64,000 nucleotides of DNA from the human T2T-CHM13v2.0 reference genome, Homo sapiens. The notes below the pieces were generated by a model. It ran no database searches. It had not been told where the DNA came from and was given only the letters and a program-made list of their open reading frames with translations. The stretch lies in NCBI RefSeq assembly GCF_009914755.1, contig NC_060936.1; one strand, 5' to 3'. The translations under genes were made by a program, and so were the position numbers. Positions 15,221 through 31,313 of this stretch are shown piece by piece (within the stretch, counting starts at the first letter, position 1; each line of letters starts with the position of its first letter).

Positions 15221-17149
15221 TTAATGTCTTTCTGCTGGGCCAGGTTTTGGGGCGATGGGAGCGGGGGAACATGTTCCTTAAAAACTTCTTCTAAAGGGCA
15301 GATGCAAAAATTATGGTTCTTAGTAGCAATAGCATTGACCACAATTCTTAGAAATATCTGAAATGTATTTAGAAAACCTCAAACCTTACTTGAAATTAAT
15401 AAATACAAGGGGAAAGAATAAGACACACCTGGACAATTTCATCTTTTCCCTGTTCATTTAAAGCAATTGAATATGTGTGAGTTTAGTCCAAACTCTTGTA
15501 ATTAATACTGAAAGTATTTAAGGTACCAGAATTTTAATTACATGTTCCCAGATTACCAATAAGTGTTGCAAATATTTTGTTATAAAAATGCATACACCTT
15601 CCCTAGTAAATGTGCTTGTTTTACCTGATGTGTAAAATTTAGAGGATCACCTAGGAGATTTTTAATGTTATGTTTATTGCATTGATAACCCTTTAAAATC
15701 TATTGTTTGTGTTATTGGTATCCTCCTTAAAAAGATATAATCAATGGAGTAATTTGGGTGTAGAAAGAATTAACATTGCTCAATAGAATTGTTCAAGACC
15801 AGTCCAGAGTCATCATCTCAAATATTGCTCAAGACTGAGCATAAAAGTATTGCAGGTGTTCTACAGCCACAAGAAAATATATAGAAGTGCATAGCCCTGT
15901 CCTCCAAAAGTTTAAATTTAATGAAAATAGAAAAGGAAAGCAGACCCAGCCATATGTTTAGTAGATCATTAGCCAGGCTCCAGAGAACGGGGTGGCATCA
16001 GGAAGACGAATGGGTTACTGTGAAAACTTTGAAACCCAGATTCCTTGAGAGGTAAATGCTGCCTGCCCCCTGTAGCCTGGTTGGTGAGCTCTTCAGCAGA
16101 TGGCTGATTTACCTTTCTTATTTCACTCTTGCATTTAACCTAAAACAGGGAGAATTCTCAATTTCCAAACCAGATGTGCGTGACTGTTTAACTCCAGGAA
16201 AAAACACAAAGAAATAGCTGGTGCCTTCTCGTTAGGAGGCACTGTTACAGAGATGAGGACCGGGGTTTCTTTTTGTAGCTAATGTGACTTGTATTCTATT
16301 TAAAAGCATTGAAGATTCCTAACTTTGCTAAGGGAGAAAAGACCTTCCTTAGCAAAGACTTCCCTTTCCTCCCATGGAAAATTCTGCCAAAACATCCTCC
16401 CCGCTCCCTCTCAATTCACCTATAACATTTGTTACTAGAAAGAGCTGTGAGTTGGGGCCAACTCAAGAGTGTGGTGCTTTTTTCTTATGAATATGATCTG
16501 CCTCGGGAAATTTGCATACGCTTGCCTTCAAAGGAAGAGGAGGAATAATACATTTAATTAGCTCAGTGCACTTCTTGAAATGTATCTGAAAGCAGATGAC
16601 AGATCTCCATAATCAAACTACCACCTACACTTGAATTTTACACTATTTTCTCAAAAGTGGTATGTACTGGTTTATAACTGTAGTTACTTATAAATACATG
16701 AAGTTATTTTTATATTGTTTTCTATGCTGGAGGTAGCTTTTGCCGATACATAAATTAGAAAGGGAGGTCACCTTTGGAAGGGAAAATTCTAATTCATTGC
16801 TGGAGAATTCTACACTAATTGCACAGAATAAATTTGTTTGTGTACTATCAACACCAAGAAGGGCTTCCGCTGGCCCAGCACATACAGCATTTTTACTTTT
16901 TTCCTTCAATTAACAGACTTTAATGTGTCATCCTTAGAAATAATGACAATTCTTCTGACCGCAAACTTTTAAAAATATTGTAAGGATGGTTTGAGTCTAG
17001 CATCCCACCATGTAAAATGTAACACTATACACAGTACTTCAAATACAGGATATCATACTAAAAATGTTACCTTCACTCATTTTACTTGCTATTTAAATTG
17101 ACTGGTTTCCCCTCACAGTACTTTGTTAAGATTATTATTCTTTCAGACA

Positions 17150-17490
17150 TAATAGCTACTATGTGCCAGATACCAGAGATACAAAAATACATAAGGCATA
17201 ATTCCTACTCCTAAGACAGCAAAATTTAGTCCGGGATACAGATGTATAAATAATTACAGAGAGCTCTGAGATCCCAGAGGGAAAAGTGAGATATTCTTCT
17301 AGGGAAATGTTGAGAAGCCTTCATGGGGACTACCATCCTAGTGCAGTCCTGAAGATAAAGCAAAAATTCACAGGAAAAAGATAGGAAAAAAGCTATGACT
17401 GGGATTTTCTGGAATTGCTGTCTCTGTGAGGTTGGAACATAGGGCGAAGATGGGTGTTTATTAACATCACTTTGGATGTTGTTTTTAAAA
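17150..17490 (-). mobile_element. L2 fragment
   Basis: ctactatgtgccagatacc...gatacaaaaat...ataaggcataattcctactc. Confidence 0.6.
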
Positions 17491-17507
17491 CAGAACTGCC
17501 ATCCATT

Positions 17508-17843
<336 letters not shown>

Positions 17844-18019
17844 CTACTAAATGTTACTTATGGGTTGACTATGCCTTCATTTTTAAAATAGACTTTAATA
17901 ACTCATATTATTAAAATAAGAACTGTAACATCGTTAATAGGCAAAAGGCAGTGAAGAATAATTCCAAAAAATAAGCACTCAATTTAATAAATGTTAATGG
18001 GCAGTTAGTATTTTGATTT

Positions 18020-18245
18020 GTTTATAATAAACTTTATATACATGTGTATATTTATAATATTTAAGTATATTATGTTTATTTTAAATATATTTAATTCATA
18101 ATTTATAATTTATATACTCATAATTTATATACACATAATTGTTTTATGCATAATATACCAAAATATAATGTAAAATAATATATAATCTGTAATAATAAAA
18201 TATAATAAGTATATGATAAATAATATGTTATAAATACATAAAATC
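18020..18245. repeat. AT-rich low-complexity tract
   Basis: About 90% A/T with repeated tata/ataat units. Confidence 0.8.
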
Positions 18246-18269
18246 TGGGTCTTCTTTATTTGGCATCTA

Positions 18270-18666
<397 letters not shown>

Positions 18667-18737
18667 GTAATATAAAATAAAATAATGTAAAGCTTAAGAG
18701 ACTTGGGGAGATACTGAAGCATTAATTACAATAAAAA

Positions 18738-18763
18738 GTGTGTGTGTGTGTATGTGTGTGTGT
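18738..18763. repeat. (TG)n microsatellite
   Basis: gtgtgtgtgtgtgtatgtgtgtgtg. Confidence 0.9.
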
Positions 18764-18949
18764 TTCCTGGTGCTAGCTTTCCCTCTAGAATCACCCTAAT
18801 CATTATAAGCTTTAAAAATACTGTGTGTGATAGATTTATCATCTCTCTAGTTTTCCTAAAGAATGCACTTTCCTGTGTTTATTATGTAAAATGTACATTT
18901 GAATAGCAGTATTAATGGTTTCCTTAAAGAGAGACAGACAATAAACTGC

Positions 18950-19190
18950 CATGGTGGTGAAGAGTAAAGATTCTAGAAACAAACTTCCTGGGCTCAGCTC
19001 TCATAGCGGAGTGATTTGGAGCAAGTTAACCTCTCCGCATCTCAAGTTCCTCATCTGCAAATAATAATAATAGTAATGCCCACCCACCTCATGGGGTTGT
19101 TCTAGTATTAAATAACTTAATATGTCAATTACTTAGAACAGTACTAAGTACATAATAAGCACGCAAAAATACCGCCTATCATTATTATTA
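18950..19190 (+). mobile_element. MIR
   Basis: gagcaagttaacctctccgcatctcaagttcctcatctgcaaataata...cttagaacagtact. Confidence 0.8.
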
Positions 19191-19278
19191 AAATGTTAAC
19201 AAACTTGCACATTAACAAGGCAGTGTTTGAAGTAAGTTCAAAGCTCAAAAAAATGTCATGAAAAACTATGACTTTCTC

Positions 19279-19456
19279 AGGCAGGAGTGGTGCTGGTGCA
19301 CCTGTATCCCCAGCTACTAGAGAGGCTGAGGTGGGAGGATCACTTAAGCCCAGGAGGTGGAGGCTGCAGTGAGCCATGGTCATGCCATTGCATTCCAGCC
19401 TATGTGACAGAGCAAGACCCTGTCTAAGAAAAAAAAAAGGGGGGGGAATAAAAAGA
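19279..19456 (+). mobile_element. FRAM or 5'-truncated AluJ right monomer
   Basis: Right arm only; 16-bp TSD aaactatgactttctc; tail contains a G9 run. Confidence 0.9.
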
Positions 19457-19507
19457 AACTATGACTTTCTCTTGATCCACAATAGATACCACAAGTGGCA
19501 TGATGTT

Positions 19508-19600
19508 AAAAAAGGAAAAAAAAAAAAAAGAAAAGAGAAAGGAAGGTAGAGGAGAAAGGAGAAAGGGAAGAGGAGGAGGAGAGGAAGAGAGACAGAAAAT
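19508..19600. repeat. A/GA-rich polypurine tract
   Basis: aaaaggaaaaaaaaaaaaagaaaagagaaaggaagg...gaggaagaga. Confidence 0.8.
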
Positions 19601-20710
19601 TTCCCAGAAGTAGGAAAGGGATATATCCTCTCCCACAGAGATTTAGAGGCTAGTCAACTTAGAGTTTGGGAGTTCTTCCCACAGTTACAATGCCACTCTT
19701 CTTGCGCTAATGAGTAAGATCATTACTCTTTCTGGTAATAGGCAAAGCAAACTATTTCCCACTTCCATCTACCCTGCAGCTTTTCAAATGCATTTCAACT
19801 AGCCCTCTGCAATTAGCAATTGTTTCTCTAGTGGTTTTAAAGCTACTTGATCCTCTTATAGCACTTTATTTCTGTACATTATTCATACATATGTTGAGAA
19901 GCTAACATAATAAGGTGTTTGCTCAATTAAGCTTTCACTTAGTGAACTTTACTCATTCTAGTCAACAACTGTGTAGTTTTTTCTCACCCTGAGAGAGCTG
20001 AGAAGGCTTCACAGAGGACATGATATTTGAGTTGGGTCTTGAGAGACAAGAGCATGTCCATGAAAGGTAGAATATGCAAGTTCAGGAAGTGTGATAAGTT
20101 TTAGGGGATAGCATCTACAATGTTTAATATCATATTTCACTCATAACTGAATAGTATTAATACACAGGTCAACTTTTGCTAGCTGTTGCTACTGTAGATA
20201 CATTTTCTTCCCCTCTTGCCACTACCTCCCACACAGACATGTACAAATAGATATTCACACACATTCATAAGCATGAGAGCTATGTTTTACGTTCAAATAG
20301 AGAAGCAGTGTTTAGTGAGGAAGAGACAAAACGTGAGGAAGAGAAAAGCATGTGAGAATCTAATTATCATTAAACTAGTTTTGTGCCCGTGGTAGAAAGA
20401 GGGGAGGATAGCAAACAACTATCTATTCAAGAGTCACCTGTGAGATTTCTGTGAGATGTTTAGTGTCACACTAAGCTCCTACTATAAAGAAAGTCTGATG
20501 AAGAAAACAGGCAATGCAGCACCCCGGCATAGGCAGACATTGCTCTTCTCCAAAGGGCCATGTTAGCCTTGAAGCTTCTCCAAGTGGTTTCAGGTGAGCA
20601 AGGACTGGACCAGAAGAACAGGTGAGATGCTAAGTGGTGACCACTGCAGGCAAATTAACGTATGTGGTGTGAGCACTTATGAAGCACCACACTGGAAACT
20701 CCTAGAAATG

Positions 20711-20996
20711 GGCCACATGTGATGGCTCATACCTGTAATCCCAGCACTTTGGGAGGCCAAGGCATGCAGATCACTTGAGTTCAAGAGTTCAAGACCAGCC
20801 CAGGCAATATGGCAAAACCCTGTCTCCACCAAAAATATAAAAACTAGTCAGGCATGGTGGCGTGCCCCTGTGGTCCCAGCTACTTGGGGGGCTGAAGTGG
20901 GATGATGGTATGAGCCCAGGAGGCAGAGGTTACAGTGAGCCGAGATCACAGAACTCCAACCTCGGTGACAGAGTGAAACCGTGTCTCAAAAAAAAG
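20711..20996 (+). mobile_element. AluJb/old AluS
   Basis: Full dimer; TSD aaa(c/t)t(c/t)ctagaaatg. Confidence 0.92.
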
Positions 20997-21104
20997 AAAT
21001 TTCTAGAAATGGACAGGGGTGCACCTTTACAAGTTTTTAAATACAATGGTTAATTAAGAGCTTGTACTAAGAGTAGAAAGAATGTTGGTTCTGCAAGTCT
21101 ATAG

Positions 21105-21545
21105 CCTTTATTCAACACATCTGCATGGTCTGTCATGTGCTCAGCACTGGCAGTACAGAGCAAAACAAATATCCCTGTCCTCAAGAAGCTTATATCAGAG
21201 CAGATAACAGATATAATAAATAGGTAAATTATAAGATATGCTAGAAGATGGTAAGTATTAGAGTAAAAAATAATAAAGCAGAATAAGGAGAATGAGAAAT
21301 GCATCTCTCAGAGTGGGAGTTGAAATTTTAAATGAAGTTGCCAAGTGACCTGTGAGCAAAGACTTGAAGGAGGTAAGAAGAGAGCCCTGCCAAGAACGGA
21401 GGGAAGAACACATCAGGCAGGGGGAGCAGCCGGGGAAAAGGCTCTGAGGTGGAATGTGGCCAAAAGGCACTGTCTGTGTGTCTCAAGAAAAGCAAGGAGA
21501 CCAGCATGGCTGGAGAAGAATAAGCTGGCAGGGGGTTGGAGGGTT
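21105..21545 (-). mobile_element. L2
   Basis: ttattcaacacat...tccctgtcctcaagaagcttata...gacctgtgagcaaagacttgaagg...gcaaggagaccagcatggctggag. Confidence 0.8.
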
Positions 21546-22813
21546 GCAGCAAGGCGAGGCTACTACTCTTGTTCCCTTGTGCTTACGTTATTGGTATCTG
21601 TCAATATTTTTAGTTACTTAAATATTTTATAATGTTTGCTTTAACTAAATGTTGATCCTACACCCTATCTAATCCACTTACCCAGGCATACATAAATAGC
21701 AATACTTTGCAATAAGCCAAAAATAAACAAAGAATGAGGATGCCAATGCCACCGTCATTCTCTTCCGCATTGGGGAGCTATCATTCTTCCTTCAGGATCG
21801 ATCACATTTTATATAAGTCAGGATCTTTCACATATTATGTATGATGACCATCTGACATCACATGGAGTGCAGGTGATGGCATCAATTTATAAACTGATAT
21901 TAACAACACTTAATTTCTTATTTTTTATTAGAATAAAATATAAATATTAATACAAGTTCAAGTATGTTCCTCCAGCCCCCATTCCTCTCCCCCCAGAGAT
22001 GTTGTGCACTCCTGAGGAAGATGAACTTCCTCGGGAACATCTGGACTAGAGAAGCCAAGGCTGAGTCTTCAGCTTAGGATGGGATGTGGGTTCTGGGAAA
22101 CCCCTCTGGGCTCCATCGAGGGAGGGACTTTTCTATGAGTTGCAGAGAATGTGGGCCAAGAAAGTGATCCAAAAGGCACTGTCTGAGGAGGAAATTAATA
22201 CAAAAGGGGACCATGTGCCCCAAAGAAGCTGTCGGTTCAAAAGAGCAGGACAAACATGGAAAAATCCAGGAAGAGATAATGAAATAGAAACTGAAAATAG
22301 GATTCAATTCTTTCTTGTGAGTTTTGAAAAAAAATCTAATCCCTGAAAGGTTCAGAGTTTAAAGGTTTTGCCAGAAACAACAGGTTTTGAGGAATCCTTG
22401 CTCAATCAGTGCCAGTTTCTACCCTGCTCCCTCTCATCCCCGCTCCCATTCCCAGATCAGCAGACCAACTTGTGCCTATTTGCTCCAAGTTTTCCCAGTT
22501 CTAGCAATGAAAACCTCACATCCTGGGAAATCTCTCAGTCTCAGGAAAACCATGGCAGTTGGTCACCCTACTCCCAGATTAAACAGTCCAAAGTTTTGAA
22601 ATAGGGGGAGTGTCAGAAGAGAAGCAAAAGAGTTTGATGCTGATTAGGGTTTTGAAGTCTTTACCTAGGAACTGACTGGGACAACTCTGAATTGTCTGAG
22701 ATTTCTTTCCCCATCATTTAGCATAATGGGACTCAAAATATGAATTAAATTCAATTGTAGAAAAATGCACTTATATTTCCTGCACACGTGAGTCTGTGAC
22801 CTAAATTTCTCCA

Positions 22814-22832
22814 TCTCTCTCTCTCTCTTAAT

Positions 22833-22870
<38 letters not shown>

Positions 22871-22881
22871 AACACACACAC
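22814..22881. repeat. (CT)n-(CA)n compound microsatellite
   Basis: tctctctctctctct...acacacacacacacacacacacacacac. Confidence 0.95.
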
Positions 22882-23439
22882 AGATCTGGAGGGAGTTAGT
22901 TGATACTGAGGACAATAACTTTTTACTCCTATGTCTCTGAATTGTTTAAAATTTTAGTACAATGAATTTATTTATCACTTGTGCCATTTAAAAATAAAAG
23001 AAAGAAAACATGTTTTTCCTGCAAGTCAGGAGGGCATATACCTATTTTATAGTGGACAGATCACCAAAAGACAAATAGACAGAATGAAACTATGAAAAAG
23101 ACTCAACTTGAGAGAAGGGGAAAACCCAAGGAAAAGTGATCATTAGAATGTGACATGAACTAGAGAGGTAGAAAAAAGCTGAGTTTTTTCGTTTGTTTGT
23201 TTAGGTAAAGTTTCTGTAGGCTGATGGACTAGAAAGAAAACATCAACAACTTTTACAGTAGAGAAAAGCTTGAGTTTTGAAAAGCAGAGAATGAAGTGAC
23301 TCAAAGACAACCTCCCATGCCCCTGACCCGCCTTGTGCTCAGCAGCCCTGGGGCGGCGCTGGATGCTGGACCAGCCCCTCCCTGAGCAGCCCTTCTCCAG
23401 ACTTGCCTCCTCAGTCTGTCAGGCCCTTTTCTCTCTGGG

Positions 23440-23900
23440 CTCTTGCCTTTAGCAGTTTCCTAGCACCCCATGGGTTTAATTAGCAATTTGATGCAGACAG
23501 TCCCCAAAGCGCATCTCCAGAGGTGACCCTCTCTCCTGGGTCACATTCTTCATTTCGAATTCCCTGCTAGTATCCTGTCCTAATATGTCAAAAACAGAAC
23601 CCATAATCCCCCTCATCTTCCTATTTCCATTTGTTGTTAGTGATAGTACTATCACACCCCAGCCATATAATTTTGGGTCAGAATCTCTTTTCTCCTCCTC
23701 CTCCCTTTCCCTGTTTTGTGCCATCAGTTGCTCATATCTGTTGAATCTTCCTCGTGTGTATCTTTCAATTCTGCATTTGAGTGGGGCCTGAAATAGTCCC
23801 TATAAACTTTCACCTAAACTGCTGCAATAGTAGGTTAGGTTCCTCTCTGAGGACAGCCAGAATTCATTTCACACGCTGCTGGAAATCTCTTGGAAACAAG
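23440..23900 (+). mobile_element. L2 fragment
   Basis: aatatgtcaaaaacagaaccc...tttgggtcagaatctcttttctc...ctgctgcaatag. Confidence 0.6.
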
Positions 23901-25165
23901 TTTATCCATGCAACACAAATTTACTGAGCACCTGTTCATATACCAGGCACTGTTCTAGGCCTTGTAGGTGCAGGTGAATCAGAAGTAAATAAGACAAGAT
24001 CTCAACTCTTCTAGAGCTTACATTCTAGTGAGCTGTGGCGGACGATTAACAAGAGACCAGAGAGGTAAATAAAACTTCAGAAAATAAGTGCCTTGAAAGA
24101 ACAATAGATGGGTAATTGCATTGGTAGGAGGTGGGTGGTACTGACAGCTTTTGATAGCGTGGTCAAGAAAGGCTTCTCTGAAGAAACAGCCCAGGGCTGA
24201 GACCTGACTGAGCTGAGCCTTGCTTCTCAGGGCTAAACATGTCAGGATGAAGAGCCAGAAAGCGAGAAAGGCCTAGGCAGGGGCAGCTCACAGAGGGCCT
24301 TGTAGGAGTCTGGATTTTGTCCTTACTGTGAAGGAAACACATTGGAGGGTTTTAAGCAGGGATCAGATCTAAGCCAATTTAATATGTTAAAAGATTACTC
24401 CAGCAACTATGTGGAGAATAGCTTGTATGGGGCTGAGGTATGGGAAAGGTGGTAGCAAAGAGAAACTTAGGAGCTATAGAAGTTGTCCAAATGAGAGATG
24501 ATGGTGACTTGAACCGGGGAGGCACCAAAAATATGTTGAGAGGTGGTTTGGAGTGTTGAGTTAAGAGGAATTGATTGATAGGTTTATTGTGGGGCATGAA
24601 GGAAATCATTGATGCTGATATAGTTTAGGTATGTGTCCCCTCTAAATCTCATGTTGAGATGAAATACCCATTGTTGGAGGTGGGGTCATGTGGGAGGTGA
24701 TTGGATCATGGGGGCAGATCCTTTCTGGCTTGGTGCTGTCCTCGTGATAGTGAGTGAGTTCTCCCGAGCTCTGGTTAAGTGTGTGGCACCTCCCCCTCAC
24801 TCTCTCTCTCTCTCTCTTGCTCCTGCTCTCACCATGTGACACACTGGCTCCCACTTTCTCTTCCACCGTGAGTAAAAGTTCCCTGAGTCCTCCCCAGAAG
24901 CCAAGCAGATGCCGGTGCCATGCTTCCTGTACAGCCTGCAGAAACTTGAGCCAACTAAACATCTTTTCCTTATAAATTACCCAATCTCGGGTATTTCTTT
25001 ATAGCAACACAAGAACAGCTTAATTCAGATGGTTTCACAGTTTTGGCCTGAGCAACCATGTGACAAAAGTCTATTAACTAAGATTATAAATATTAGTTGA
25101 CAAATATGTTTGGAGGGCAAGGACAGAGACATGTTAGGTTTGAGATGCCTATTAGACATTTGTTG
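23900..25165 (-). mobile_element. L2 interrupted by an MST LTR
   Basis: caacacaaatttactgagcacc...ggagggttttaagcagg...; resumes after 25027 with ttttggcctgagcaac. Confidence 0.8.
24616..25027 (+). mobile_element. MSTB-type MaLR solo LTR
   Basis: TG...CA ends (tgatatagttt...cttaattca); ctccccagaagccaagcagatgccgg; near-perfect 5-bp TSD gatgc/gatgg. Confidence 0.9.
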
Positions 25166-25194
25166 TAGGATGATATTTTAACTATTTATCTTGC

Positions 25195-25545
25195 ATAATT
25201 TCTAGCTTTTTATTTTGAAAAATCCCAAACATACACAAAAAAAGGAAGAACAAAATAATAGACACCCATGTATCCATCATCTGGCTTCAACAATTACCAG
25301 TATTTGGCAAATCATGTTTCATTTCTACCCACACATGTACAGTTGCCCTCTCCCCACCCAGCTGGGGTATTTTTGAGTAATTTCCAGACATTATAGCATT
25401 TTACTCCCAAATTCTTTTTATCTAATAATTGGACATCCTTTTATAACATATTCACAAAACTATGATCAAACCTAACAAAATTACCACAACTTTCTTCATA
25501 GCATCTACTATCCAACACCCATTGTTTAAAATTTTCTAATTGCAG
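25195..25545 (-). mobile_element. Old L1M (L1ME/MD-like) 3' part, continues after 26893
   Basis: ttttattttgaaaaat...caaaataatagacacccatgtatccatcatc...; interrupted by a younger sense L1. Confidence 0.7.
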
Positions 25546-26893
25546 GTATGTAATTAAGAGCTTAGAAATAAACCCTTGAATATACTGTCAAATGATTTTT
25601 AACAAAGATGACAAGACCATCCAATGTAGAAAAGACATGGTTTTCAACAGATGGTGCTGGGAAAACATGAAAAAGAATGAAATTGGGCCCTCACCTAAGA
25701 CTGTATGCAAAAAAAAAAAATTCAAAATAGATAAAAAATCTAACAGCTACACTATAAATATCTTAGAAAAAATCATAGATATGTATCTTCATGACATTAG
25801 ATTTGGCATTGATTTCTTAGATATGACAGCAAAAGAAAGATCAACTGGAGTTCATCAAAATGTAAACCTTTTGTACATCAAAGGATACTATCAACCAAGT
25901 GAAAAGGCAACTCATGAAATGTCATAAAATATTTGTAAATTACATATCTAATAAGGAGTTAATATCCAAAATATATAATGAACTTGCACAACTCAACAAC
26001 AAAGAAACCCAATTTTAAAATGGGCAAAGGACTTGAAGAGACCTTTTTCCAAAGAAGATGTACAAAAACCAATAAGCACGTTAAATGATGTTCAACATCA
26101 CTAGTCACCAGGGAAATACAAATAAAAACCACAATTAGATACTAACCAACACCCATTAGGATGGCCATTATAAACAAACAAACAAACAAACGAACAAAAA
26201 ACCCAGATAATTAGTGTTGGTGAGGATGTGGAGAAATTGAAACCCACATTGCTGGTGGAAATGTAAAATTGTACTGCCACTGTGGAAAACAGTATGGTGA
26301 TCCCTCCAAAAATTCAAAATAGGCTACTATATGATCCAGCAATTCCCCTTCAGAATATACAGCCAAAAAAATTCAAAGCAGAGACTCAACAGATATTTGT
26401 ACACCCATATTCATACAGCATTTTTCACAATAGCCAAAAGGTGGAAGCAATCCAAGGGTTCATGGACAGATGAATGAATAAACAAAATGTGGTATATACA
26501 TACCATAGAATATTACTCAGCTTCTAAAAGGAAGGAAATTCTAACATATGCTACAGCATGGATGAAACTTGAAGACATTAGCTAAGTGAAATAAGTCATT
26601 CGCAAAAGGACAAAGAGCTGTTTGATTCCATTCATATGAAGTACTTAACAGTAGTCAAATTCACAAACATAAAAAATAGAATGGCAGTTGCCAGTAGGAG
26701 GGGTTAAGAGGAATGGGGAAAGGATAGTGCTTTTTTTTTTTTATGTGTATACAGTTTCAGTTTTGCAAAATAAAAACCGTTCTGGATATTGATTGCACAA
26801 AAATGTGAATGAACTTAACACTACTGAACTATATGCTTAAAATGGTTAATATGGCAAACTTATCTTACATATATGTTACCATAAGAAAAAAAC
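25546..26893 (+). mobile_element. 5'-truncated L1 (L1MB-like), 1.35 kb, nested in an older antisense L1
   Basis: ORF2 remnant MIFNKDDKTIQCRKDMVFNRWCWEN (25592-); 3'UTR and A-tail; degenerate TSD aaaattttctaattgca/aaacatttccacttgca. Confidence 0.9.
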
Positions 26894-27465
26894 ATTTCCA
26901 CTTGCATCATAAATGTCTTTTTACAATTGGGTTGTTTGGATAGGGATTCAAAGAAAGTCCACAGATTGCATTTGGTGTCTTGGTTTCCTAATTCTCTATT
27001 AACTGATAACAATTCTTTGTCACCCAACCCCCTGTTTATCTTTTATTGTTGAAAAAACCAAGTTGTTTGGTTCATTAAATTTCCACATTCTGGATTGGCT
27101 GATTGCATTCTTATGGTGTCATTTAACATGTTCTATTTCCTATCCTTGGTAGCTAAGTCTAAAGCGTTGATTAGATTCATGTTCCAGTTTTTTGGTAATG
27201 ATATTTCCTAGGCAACACTGTGTACTTTCTATTGTATCATGACAGGAAGCACTTGCTGTGCCACTCTTTTTCTGATGTTAAGATTGATGTCTGAATGCAG
27301 GCAGGCATTGTCAGCCTGATCTATCCATTATAAAGTTCTCCATCAACTTCTCACCCAGCAGTTCTAGCAGCCTTAGAGGGCCATTGATAATCTACCTCCA
27401 TTATTTTCTTATGGGATCCAAAAAAGAGATTTTTCTAATTCTGTCATTCTCTCAGTACTCATTAG

Positions 27466-27927
<462 letters not shown>

Positions 27928-28027
27928 GCTTAGCAACTTTCAAAGTTTACCAATTACTCTTCTGCTTGTTTTATTTGTAAACATGGATTTTTTCATATAT
28001 TTATTTTCAACTCATTGCATTGCATTC

Positions 28028-28336
<309 letters not shown>

Positions 28337-28637
28337 TGATGCTCAATTTGTCCCATCTCTGGCCAGTGGGAGTCTCAAGTTGGATCCTGAGTCCTTTTAA
28401 TAAAACCTCAGTCATCTTTATTAGCTTATTTGCTTTCTGTTATCACATGATTTTCTGGAATTATCTTGTATATTTCCTGCTTCAGACCTGGAATCAGCAA
28501 TTTCTGCCAGGAGCCTTAGGAAATGGTAGTTAGAAACCACAATCCAGGAGGCAGGGATATTAATTGCTACTGAAACATCATTGTTTCTAGGCCTTTTCAA
28601 TATCCACAGTTAGAAAATAAGTTTTGTTGTTGCTTTG

Positions 28638-29637
<1,000 letters not shown>

Positions 29638-31003
29638 TGCTTTGTTGTTTTCCTTTTTTTCAGAGAAAAAAATCATGAGTTCTTATCATATTTCCAGAGT
29701 ATAGTGTTTTAACTTAACTTCTTTAATTTTTATATATGTATCTCTTTATCCTGAAAATCTTGGTTCCCAGTGACATGACATAATTATTTATTTACTCCAT
29801 CCCATTATATACATATTATGATTTCAAAATAACAATGCCAATATAAAAACTAACAATATGATATCTAAGTACAGTTTAAGATTTATTTCCAGTTGTGTCC
29901 TTAGAATATATTTCACTAAGAATGCATTTCCAAAATTCGTTGTGTCTTAAAGTCACATGTGTGCCTAAGACACAAATTCACAAATATAAAATACATTTGT
30001 TTTATTTTGGCTCATTTGGTTTCCAGTTCTTAGAGATTGCATTATTTGTTGTTGTTGTCTTTATTTTTATCTAATTTTATTTTAAAACTGGGTAAAAACA
30101 TTCACATGGTTCCAAGGTCAAACTAAGTACACTTATCAAAGTATGTTTAGAAAAGTCTAGTATCAATTTTTATCCCTGCCACTCAGTTACCTCCCTCCTC
30201 ACTCTCTACCAAATAACCATTTTCACTAGTTTTTTGTTTATCATTCCATTATTGTATTAATATATGCAAATATAAATATGTATTTATATTTATATTCCTT
30301 TATTAGGTAAAAGGTAGCATATTATAGACACTATTCTGCCCTTAAATTTTTCACCTAATGCTATACATAGCAGGATAGCAAGATATGGAGATTTCTTCAT
30401 TTCTTTTAACCCCTGCATGGTCATCCATTGTGTGAATATACCATATTTTGTTTCAATTCGTCTCTCATGGCTGGACATTTAGGTTGTTTTCCATTTTGCT
30501 GTTATAAATGGTGTTATCATGAATTGCTTTGTACATGTCATTCCATATTTTTCCCAGTGAATCTTTGGGAAAGATTCCTGTAAGTGGGATTGCTGGGTCA
30601 AAGCAAAAATGCATATGTAATATTGATAGATATGGACAATCTCCCTTCACCAGAGCTGTACTCCTGTCAATAAGGTATGGAAGTACCAGTTTCTTCAAAG
30701 CCTTGCCAACAGAATCCAACTGTTAAACTCTTAGATTTTTGCCAGTCTGAGAGGTGAGAGATGGTATTTTAATGTAGTTTTAATTTTCATCTCTCTAATG
30801 ATAAACAAGATTGAGCATCTTTTTGTATCACAAGTGGCATTTGTGTTTCTTTTCCTGTGAATTGTGTGCATATTTCTTGTCCAGTTTCATAAGGTTGTTT
30901 GTCTTGCTTCTTAATTTGTAGAAGTTCTTTAGATATTAGGGATAGATATTAATCCTTTTTCTGTGAGAGAAATTGCAAATATTTCTCCAGGTGTCATTTG
31001 CAT

Positions 31004-31313
31004 TTTTTGTTTGTTAGTTTCTCAAGACAGGGTCTTGCTCTGTCACCTAGGCTGGAGTACAGTGGAGTCATCATAGCTCACTGCAGCCTTAACATCCTGG
31101 GCTCAAGAGATCCTTCTGCCTCAGCCTCACAACCAGCTGGAACCACAGGCATGTGCCACTACACCCGGCTATTTTTTTATTTTATTTATTTTTTGTAGAG
31201 ACGGGGTCTCCCTATGTTACCTAGGCTGATCTCTAACTCCTAGGCTCAAAGGATCCACCTGCCTTGGCCTCCCAAAGTGCTGGGATTACAGGTGTGAACC
31301 ATTGCACTCAGCA
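31004..31313 (-). mobile_element. AluJ
   Basis: TSD tcatttg(c/t)attttt. Confidence 0.93.

Noticed and set aside
23335-23365. GC-rich patch with weak CTCF/REST resemblance
   Set aside because: Too many mismatches at core positions
25592-26473. ORFs resembling L1 ORF2
   Set aside because: Real L1 homology, but a truncated, frameshifted retrotransposon remnant rather than a host CDS
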